Part shown: piece by piece, positions 57,595-64,000 of the stretch
How positions within the stretch are numbered: the first letter of the stretch is position 1
How the letters are laid out: each line of letters starts with the position of its first letter
Assembly: GCA_964570825.1 (NCBI GenBank)
Contig: CAZMZJ010000005.1
Location: 11,734 to 75,733 of the forward strand
Origin: an uncultured Lachnospiraceae bacterium
GTDB taxonomy: Bacteria; Bacillota; Clostridia; Oscillospirales; CAG-272
Direction: 5' to 3'
Length of the DNA: 64,000 bases
The notes under the pieces: generated by a model
Seen by the model: the letters and a program-made list of their open reading frames with translations, nothing else
Database searches by the model: none
Told to the model about the DNA's origin: nothing
Made by a program: the position numbers and the translations under genes

Positions 57595-59835
57595 ATGGCA
57601 AAAAAACACAGAACCTCAAATGAAACCGAAGAAATAAAGGCTGCTCCAGTGCAGCAGCAGCTAATAACCGAAACAATAGAAAAAAATTTCATGCCCTACG
57701 CGATGAGCGTCATAGTGTCCCGCGCCATTCCCGAAATAGACGGCCTCAAGCCTGCCCACCGCAAGCTGCTTTACACAATGTATAAAATGGGGCTGCTCAC
57801 CGGAGGACGCACAAAGAGCGCCAACGTAGTCGGCCAGACCATGAAGCTGAACCCGCACGGCGACATGGCGATATATGATACTCTTGTCCGCCTTACCCGT
57901 GGCAACGAAACCCTGCTGCATCCGTTTATAGACTCGAAGGGCAGCTTTGGCAAGCAATACTCGTCGGACATGAAATGCGCGGCGGCGCGCTATACGGAAG
58001 TCAAGCTTGACGCCTTTGCCGCCGAAATGTTCCGTGGCATAGACAAAAACGCAGTCGACTTTACCGACAACTACGACGGCACCATGCAGGAGCCCGTGCT
58101 GCTTCCGTGTACTTTCCCGAATATTCTCGTCATGCCGAACATAGGGATTGCCGTCGGCATGGCGTCGAACATCTGCTCGTTCAATCTTGCCGAAGTCTGC
58201 GACGGCACGATAGCCGTTCTGAAAAATCCCGGAACTACCGTAAGCAGGCTCATGGAAATAATCAAGGCTCCCGATTTTCCCGGCGGCGGCGCGATAATAT
58301 ATGACCGTGACGCTATGCGCGAGATATACGAAACCGGCTCCGGCTCGGTGCGTATACGGTCGCGTTACAGCTACGACAAGGAATCCAACTGCATCGACAT
58401 AACCCAGATTCCCTACTCGACCAGCATCGAGCTGATAATGAGCCGGATGGCGGAACTGATCAAGGAAGGGAAACTGAAGGAGGTCACCGATTTCCGGGAT
58501 GAAATTGACTTGTCCGGCTTCAAGCTGACAGTGGACATCCGCCGCGGCACCGACCCGGACAAGCTGATGCAGAAGCTTTTCAAAATGACTCCGCTTGAGG
58601 ACAGCTTCAAGTGCAACTTCAACGTGCTGATAAATTCGGTCCCCCGCCAGATGGGGGTGCTTGAAATAATCAACGAGTGGATAAAGTTCCGCATTTCCTG
58701 CGTCAGGCGCGAGCTTACCTTTGACCTTGATAAGAAGAAGGAGAAGCTTCATCTTCTTTTGGGTCTTGCGAAAATCCTGCTTGACATTGACAAAGCAATC
58801 CGCATAATCCGCCAGACCGAGAAGGAGGACGAGGTTGTCCCCAACCTGATGAAGGGGTTCGCCATAGACGGGATACAGGCTGAGTATATTGCCGAAATAA
58901 AGCTCAGGCATCTTAACCGTGAATATATACTCAACCGTGTCAGCGAGATTGAGGGTTTGCAGAAAGAGATTGCCGAGCTTGAGGAGCTTCTCGGCGACGA
59001 GCTGAAAATAAAATCATATATCGCCGCGCAGCTTGTTGAAATAAAGAAGAAGTACGGACAGCCCCGCCGCTCGCAGATAATCGGCGCGGAAGCCATTGTT
59101 GAATACAACGAGGAAGACCACATAGAGAATTACAATGTCCACCTTGTGTTAACTAAGGAGGGCTATTTCAAAAAAATCACGCTGCTCTCGCTGCGTGCGA
59201 GCGACAATCATCTTTTCAAGGAGGGCGACTCGATACTGCAGGAATTCGACTCCGAGAATAAAAGCGATATAGTGTTCTTCACCGACAAGGCGCAGATGTA
59301 CCGCGCTAAAATCAACGATTTCGACTGCGTCAAGGCGTCGGTGATGGGCGATTATATTCCGACAAAGCTCGGCATGGACAGCGGAGAGAAGCCGATTCTG
59401 ATGCTTGCGCAGCCCGAGTGCGACTTTCCAGAAGGCGACAATATGGTTTATATTTTTGAGAACGGCAAGGGCGTGCGGATACCGGTATCGGCATATCAGA
59501 CGAAGGGCAACCGCCGCAAGCTGACAAGCGCCTACTCTGCCGCCTCGCCGGTTGTCGCAGCCTTCTACGAACACGAGCCATTCGATATAATGATAATAAC
59601 CGACGTAGGCCGCGCCGTCGTCGTCAAGTCTTCCCTGCTCTCGCTGAATACCACAAGGACGTCCAGCGGGACGATGGTAATCACCCTGAAGAAGGGACAG
59701 AAAGTCATATCCGCAATAAAGGACTTTGCGGAAAAATACGGCGATATGAAGGGCTACCGCAAGCTCAAGATACCCGCCGCGGGCGTTCCGCTTGCCGAAA
59801 AGGACATAGACGCCCGTCAAATAAAAATAGAATGA
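57595..59835 (+). CDS. type IIA topoisomerase subunit A (ParC/GyrA-like)
   Basis: RAIPEIDGLKP, LNPHGD, AAARYTE catalytic Tyr, GIAVGMASNI, PDFPGG; degenerate C-terminal pinwheel suggests a topo IV type. Confidence 0.92.
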   Translation: MAKKHRTSNETEEIKAAPVQQQLITETIEKNFMPYAMSVIVSRAIPEIDGLKPAHRKLLYTMYKMGLLTGGRTKSANVVGQTMKLNPHGDMAIYDTLVRLTRGNETLLHPFIDSKGSFGKQYSSDMKCAAARYTEVKLDAFAAEMFRGIDKNAVDFTDNYDGTMQEPVLLPCTFPNILVMPNIGIAVGMASNICSFNLAEVCDGTIAVLKNPGTTVSRLMEIIKAPDFPGGGAIIYDRDAMREIYETGSGSVRIRSRYSYDKESNCIDITQIPYSTSIELIMSRMAELIKEGKLKEVTDFRDEIDLSGFKLTVDIRRGTDPDKLMQKLFKMTPLEDSFKCNFNVLINSVPRQMGVLEIINEWIKFRISCVRRELTFDLDKKKEKLHLLLGLAKILLDIDKAIRIIRQTEKEDEVVPNLMKGFAIDGIQAEYIAEIKLRHLNREYILNRVSEIEGLQKEIAELEELLGDELKIKSYIAAQLVEIKKKYGQPRRSQIIGAEAIVEYNEEDHIENYNVHLVLTKEGYFKKITLLSLRASDNHLFKEGDSILQEFDSENKSDIVFFTDKAQMYRAKINDFDCVKASVMGDYIPTKLGMDSGEKPILMLAQPECDFPEGDNMVYIFENGKGVRIPVSAYQTKGNRRKLTSAYSAASPVVAAFYEHEPFDIMIITDVGRAVVVKSSLLSLNTTRTSSGTMVITLKKGQKVISAIKDFAEKYGDMKGYRKLKIPAAGVPLAEKDIDARQIKIE

Positions 59836-59852
59836 ATCCGGAGGAAAATTCA

Positions 59853-59978
59853 ATGTCGGAATCAAGGAAGCATATATCCAAAAGAGATCTCATGATCCGC
59901 GTCATCTGCGGAATTCTCGCATTTTTGATGGTCGGAAGCATCGCGTACTACACTCTGGCATTTCTGATATTCAATTAA
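59853..59978 (+). CDS. 41-aa single-pass membrane peptide (below the ORF-track cutoff)
   Basis: MSESRKHISKRDLMIRVICGILAFLMVGSIAYYTLAFLIFN; GGAGG RBS 8 nt upstream; basic N-terminus plus hydrophobic helix. Confidence 0.7.
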   Translation: MSESRKHISKRDLMIRVICGILAFLMVGSIAYYTLAFLIFN

Positions 59979-60018
59979 CCGAAGAAGAATAAGAAGAATA
60001 AGAAGAAGGAGAAAGGCC

Positions 60019-60684
60019 ATGACAAATCAGGAGATACTCAGATACGTCGATCATACTCTGCTCGCCCCGACCGCGACCGAAGCGGATATCAGGACAGTAT
60101 GCGATGACGCCGTAAAATACGGCTGCGCCTCGGTCTGCATACCGAACACGCATATAAGGTTTGCCTCGGAGTATGTCAAAGGCAGGATCAGGATCTGCGC
60201 CGTAGTCGGGTTCCCGCTCGGTTACTCTGCTACCGAAACCAAGTGCTTTGAAGCAAAGAAGGCCCTATCCGACGGCGCATCCGAAATCGACATGGTCGCA
60301 AACATCTGCCGGATCAAAGAAGGAAGGTTCGGCGAGGTGCAAAGCGATATTGCGGCGGTCAGGGAGGCAGTCGGGGACCATGTGCTGAAAGTCATAATAG
60401 AAACCTGCCTTCTTACCGCGGAAGAAAAAATCCGCATGTGCGATGTTGTATATAATGTAGGCGCCGACTATATTAAGACATCGACCGGCTTTTCGTCCGG
60501 CGGCGCGACCCGCGAAGACGTGGCTCTTTTTGCCGCGCATATAAAAGGCGGGCTGAAAATTAAAGCGGCCGGGGGCATAAAAAGCTTTCAGGACGCTGAG
60601 GAATACATCAGGCTGGGCGCATCGAGGCTCGGCACAAGCTCTCTTGTAAAAATAATGAAAAAGGAAGAATCCGGTTCATATTGA
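60019..60684 (+). CDS. deoC: deoxyribose-phosphate aldolase
   Basis: VDHTLL, VVGFPLG, EIDMV, LKVIIETCLL, IKTSTGF, KAAGGI, RLGTS. Confidence 0.97.
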   Translation: MTNQEILRYVDHTLLAPTATEADIRTVCDDAVKYGCASVCIPNTHIRFASEYVKGRIRICAVVGFPLGYSATETKCFEAKKALSDGASEIDMVANICRIKEGRFGEVQSDIAAVREAVGDHVLKVIIETCLLTAEEKIRMCDVVYNVGADYIKTSTGFSSGGATREDVALFAAHIKGGLKIKAAGGIKSFQDAEEYIRLGASRLGTSSLVKIMKKEESGSY

Positions 60685-60709
60685 AACTGAACCGTAAACG
60701 AACCGACCG

Positions 60710-61522
60710 ATGATAATAGATTTTCACACTCACTGTTTTCCGGATTCTCTTGCGCCCCGAGCGCTCGGGCAGCTCAGGGAGCACGCGCTTGACAATCCTA
60801 ATTTTCCCTGCACCGACGGCACCCTGAAGGGCACCGAGGAGCATCTTAAGTCACAGGGCGTCGACCGCGGCGTGATCTGCAATATAGCAACCAACGCGCG
60901 CCAGCAGCACAACGTAAACACCTTTGCCATCAGCATCAAACAGACAAGCAAAATGCTATACTCTCTCGGCTCGCTTCATCCGTATGGCGAGGACAAGCGC
61001 GGCGAGCTGCTCCGGCTGCGCGAGGCAGGCATTAAGGGAATCAAAATCCACCCGGACTACATGGGCATAGATATCGACAAACCGGAGTACGGCGAGATTT
61101 TCGAGCTGTGCTGCGAGATGGGCTTTTTCGTAGTCACGCACGCCGGACTTGACCCCATATCCCCCGAGCATCTGCACGCCGATCCGAAAATGATTTCGGC
61201 TGTTCTTGACCGTTATCCCGGCCTGCGTCTTATAGCGGCGCATCTGGGAGGATTTGCCCGTTTAGACGGAGTGCTTGAGCATCTTGTTGGGAAGAAGAAC
61301 GTCTGGTTTGACACCTCGATGTCCTCTCAGCGTCCCGAAAGGATTGAGGGCCTGCACCGTATCCTTCGCGAGCATGACCCTGACCGGCTTCTCTTCGGCT
61401 CCGACACGCCGTGGTCATTCGCAAAGGACGAAATAAATTTCATATACTCGGCAAAACTCGGCGACGTGAAGACTGAAAAAATCCTTTATAAAAACGCGCT
61501 CGCTCTGCTTGAGGACGAATAA
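60710..61522 (+). CDS. amidohydrolase-family metallohydrolase
   Basis: IIDFHTH, GIKIHP, VVTHAG, AAHLGG, FDTS, LFGSDTPW. Confidence 0.9.
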   Translation: MIIDFHTHCFPDSLAPRALGQLREHALDNPNFPCTDGTLKGTEEHLKSQGVDRGVICNIATNARQQHNVNTFAISIKQTSKMLYSLGSLHPYGEDKRGELLRLREAGIKGIKIHPDYMGIDIDKPEYGEIFELCCEMGFFVVTHAGLDPISPEHLHADPKMISAVLDRYPGLRLIAAHLGGFARLDGVLEHLVGKKNVWFDTSMSSQRPERIEGLHRILREHDPDRLLFGSDTPWSFAKDEINFIYSAKLGDVKTEKILYKNALALLEDE

Positions 61523-61583
61523 CTCCCAGCGATATTTATTTTTGGCGCAGCCATAAAATCCTAAGCACGTATTCTACATAACG

Positions 61584-61620
61584 AGTCCGGGCTGAATATT
61601 TCAGCCCGGACTGTTTTTAT
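61584..61620. terminator. bidirectional terminator overlapping the S26 peptidase stop
   Basis: AGTCCGGGCTGAA-tat-TTCAGCCCGGACT. Confidence 0.8.
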
Positions 61621-62104
61621 TGGACTTAAGGAAAAACCCTTTAATTTTTAACGCAGCCCGACGGATAAAAAAAGCGCACCCGCGCAGCGGCATAAAGCAC
61701 CAGAGCCTTGAATATACCCTTGAGCCGAAGCCGCTCAGGTCAATTCTTTTCCCGCTCCTGTAAACCGCAGAAACAACTGCCTCAATCTGGCCGTCCTCTA
61801 TTCCATACTCTTTTATAAGCTGGTTGTCGCCGCACATAATATATCCCGATTTATTCTTCCCGATCACGCGGTGCAGCGCATATTTGCCGTTTTTCCGGCG
61901 ATACAGAACGATATCGTATTTACGCGCGCCGCCCTGAATTTTCTTTATAGCGACGCTGTCCCGCCCTTCCCTGAGCAGAGGCAGCATGCTTGTTCCGCGC
62001 GGCATGAAACGTAACTCGCCTCCCGTATCAGTGACCGCGCGCGCTATAACCATTATATCGTCAATCAGGTAACTGCGAATAGCCGTTTTGGTTTTCATCT
62101 CCAT
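61601..62104 (-). CDS. S24/S26-family peptidase
   Basis: RGTSMLPLL (Ser), YDIVLYRR, LHRVI (His), MCGDN. Confidence 0.85.
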   Translation of the reverse strand: MEMKTKTAIRSYLIDDIMVIARAVTDTGGELRFMPRGTSMLPLLREGRDSVAIKKIQGGARKYDIVLYRRKNGKYALHRVIGKNKSGYIMCGDNQLIKEYGIEDGQIEAVVSAVYRSGKRIDLSGFGSRVYSRLWCFMPLRGCAFFIRRAALKIKGFFLKSNKNSPG

Positions 62105-62825
62105 CGTTGTTGTTCCCTTTGCCGTGTATTGCCATAGCGCCGCACGCCACCTCGGCCGCCTTTTGCGATATCGTGCATGAAAGCACCCAGCACGGAATAT
62201 TTTTAACAGTCAGATCAAGCAGCGGCATCATCTTTTTTATTTCCTCCGCCTTGCGCGGAACAAGGATCTGGCGAAGGAGCCTTGGGGTGATCTCATGATT
62301 CTGGGCGGGTATTATTGCATTCCGGCTGCCGCGCTCGAGGAAGCATATTGCCCCGAGCGGCGAGCGGACATTAAGATTATAACCTTCTTTTCCGCACCAT
62401 GGCGTGCCGTAAATATATGCGTCCCTGCCGAAAAAGCGGATTATCGGCTTATCTCCGTTGATTATCCGTGCGCGGCTGCCGAAGCGCTCGACCCACAATC
62501 GCGCGTGCGTCGTCTTTCCGGTGCCGCTCGGCGCGGAGAAAGCATAAGCCCTGCCGTCGAACTCGACAACAGCCGAATGGAAGAGGAACGCGCCGTAATC
62601 GGGCATAATCCGGCAGATTTTCCGGTAAATGCAAATGCTTTCCGCATAAGCGGGAGAGACCGGCCTTTCGGACGCCTTTATTTCTTCGGCAATTTCCGAA
62701 TCGCTTGCAGACGCCGTAAACTCTGTGGCGGCCGAATCGATACAATAATCGCGGCAGAGGCGCCTCACTCCGTCATACCGGTTGTCAATGCCGACGTTTA
62801 TGTCGGCAATCCTTATTGAAAACAT
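62061..62825 (-). CDS. HPr kinase-like P-loop protein
   Basis: FLFHSAVV, APSGTGKTT Walker A, IINGDKP, GTPWCGK. Confidence 0.8.
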   Translation of the reverse strand: MFSIRIADINVGIDNRYDGVRRLCRDYCIDSAATEFTASASDSEIAEEIKASERPVSPAYAESICIYRKICRIMPDYGAFLFHSAVVEFDGRAYAFSAPSGTGKTTHARLWVERFGSRARIINGDKPIIRFFGRDAYIYGTPWCGKEGYNLNVRSPLGAICFLERGSRNAIIPAQNHEITPRLLRQILVPRKAEEIKKMMPLLDLTVKNIPCWVLSCTISQKAAEVACGAMAIHGKGNNNDGDENQNGYSQLPD

Positions 62826-62837
62826 ATCTTGACCTTT

Positions 62838-63491
62838 TCAGTAAAACAGCTCGATGTTCCGGCGCGTGTACACGAGCATACGGCTTTGGATATATCTTGA
62901 ATTGCTTGAGAGGTAGCGCCTGAAATTATCCGGCGAGCCTCCTTTGGTTTTATATGTGAGAATCGCGGCAGCCATATCGTGCTCGCCGGCGCCGTCGATT
63001 ATGCGGCAGAGGGAAAGGATTACCGATTCGTCAGCCTGCTCGAACAGCCTGAAGAAGTCGCCGGTCTCGTCAAGCGCGATATCGCACAGCATTTTGAAAG
63101 CCGCGAGCGGCCTCATCGCCCCGCCCGGGCCAAACCTGTTTTCCGCTGAAAGCAGACCGGTCGTAAAGAGTAAAACATCGCTGCCGATATTTTCAGATAT
63201 AAACCTTCCGACCTTGTCGTTGACCATGCGCCATGTAAGCTCAGACAGCGGGATATTGTGTCCTGACAGCCTGTCGTAGAGGAAGTAGTTGGGCTCTCTG
63301 TCGCGCGAGAGCAGGATTACATAGGTATAAAGCCCCGCAAGCACGGCAAGCAATATCGAGCAGACAATCAGGAGCGCGCGCTGCGCGGCAGAATCATTTC
63401 CCGACGCCGATAAAAATCCCAATAAAGCAAGCAGGGCCGACAAAAAGGCGGCTCCGCCGAAAAAAAAGTTTTGTTTCTGAATGCTGCTCAT
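62838..63491 (-). CDS. hypothetical protein with two N-terminal TM helices
   Basis: Hydrophobic segments at about residues 9-26 and 37-60; promoter TTGACA-N17-TATAAT at 63572-63544. Confidence 0.75.
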   Translation of the reverse strand: MSSIQKQNFFFGGAAFLSALLALLGFLSASGNDSAAQRALLIVCSILLAVLAGLYTYVILLSRDREPNYFLYDRLSGHNIPLSELTWRMVNDKVGRFISENIGSDVLLFTTGLLSAENRFGPGGAMRPLAAFKMLCDIALDETGDFFRLFEQADESVILSLCRIIDGAGEHDMAAAILTYKTKGGSPDNFRRYLSSNSRYIQSRMLVYTRRNIELFY

Positions 63492-63671
63492 CCGGCCTGT
63501 CCCCCTTGCGTCAGAAAAATCATTATGCAGAAAACTGTTTTTAATTATAACAAAAAATCCGGATATTGTCAAACACTTTTCCACGCGCCAGCGGCGCTCG
63601 CTGAAAAAGCATAACGTCATATTAAAATATCAAACCGTATTATGAGCCTATGGCAGACTTTTCTCAGCCAT

Positions 63672-64000
63672 TCATGCGTCAAGTATGCTGTAATAATAAA
63701 CCGGAAGCGCAGACCATCCGTGGCACAGGCTGCCGGCACCGTTGAAATCGGCCTCTCCCTTTATCGTCTCCCAGAAAGACGTTGCGCCCCTGTCAAGCAT
63801 ATAGCCGTAATCCCTGTCGATTTCGTCCAGAATTACCGGAGCGTACTTGTCACGGTCAACCGAAAGCAGCGCATCAAAGCGGAAACAGTTCATGCTGAGA
63901 GTATTCGGAACAGTCACAAAGCCGCAATTATCCCGGCCGTTTGAAGCAAGTATTCTCAGAATATGCTCTGTTTCGGCATTTTTCGCGGCGCCGCAAAGCA
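63672..64000 (-). CDS. alpha-L-rhamnosidase (GH78) C-terminus, partial
   Basis: YGYMLDRGATSFWET and SLCHGWSALP motifs; frame is open to the window end. Confidence 0.85.
   Translation of the reverse strand, partial: LCGAAKNAETEHILRILASNGRDNCGFVTVPNTLSMNCFRFDALLSVDRDKYAPVILDEIDRDYGYMLDRGATSFWETIKGEADFNGAGSLCHGWSALPVYYYSILDA

Noticed and set aside
56657-58911. Long antisense ORFs (56657..57676 and 57661..58911, and similar ones such as 1201..2376 and 22004..22756)
   Set aside because: Shadow ORFs opposite well-supported genes in GC-rich coding DNA; no recognisable motifs or RBS.

Overview
Chromosomal core-genome window from a moderately GC-rich, probably spore-forming anaerobic Clostridia member (Oscillospirales-like; inferred from gene content, GGAGG RBS and sigma-A/sigma-F motifs). 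It has no CRISPR array, prophage, IS, rRNA or tRNA that I can support. Housekeeping genes: upp, mtaB, rpmB, clpB with a degenerate CIRCE, ssrA/smpB, xpt, rplM-rpsI, pcrA, secA, trmL, a class A PBP, dnaE, whiA, murB, coaE, prfA, sua5, a type IIA topoisomerase A subunit and deoC. There is also a 10-gene [FeFe]-hydrogenase locus: an Hnd/HydABC-type bifurcating enzyme preceded by DRTGG, Ser/Thr kinase, HydS-like, DRTGG and PHP genes, with candidate Rex boxes. Most unusual items: (1) a 677-aa membrane protein joining an extracellular GLUG-type domain to cytoplasmic YegP (2x DUF1508) and uL15-like domains; (2) a PurL-derived protein lacking the catalytic motif and glutaminase domain; (3) an HTH-TPR regulator translationally coupled to a lipoprotein whose signal peptide ends in a pheromone-like octapeptide; (4) two related polytopic membrane proteins downstream of secA; (5) a membrane protein / HprK-like kinase / S26 peptidase operon with no visible precursor or PqqD gene; (6) a GHL10 gene interrupted by one in-frame TGA; (7) several drifting 7-8 bp tandem-repeat tracts at gene ends; (8) two small proteins. 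All family assignments come from motif recognition; no database search was run. Line 1 of the printed sequence shows only 59 bases, so base-level claims for positions 1-60 are uncertain.
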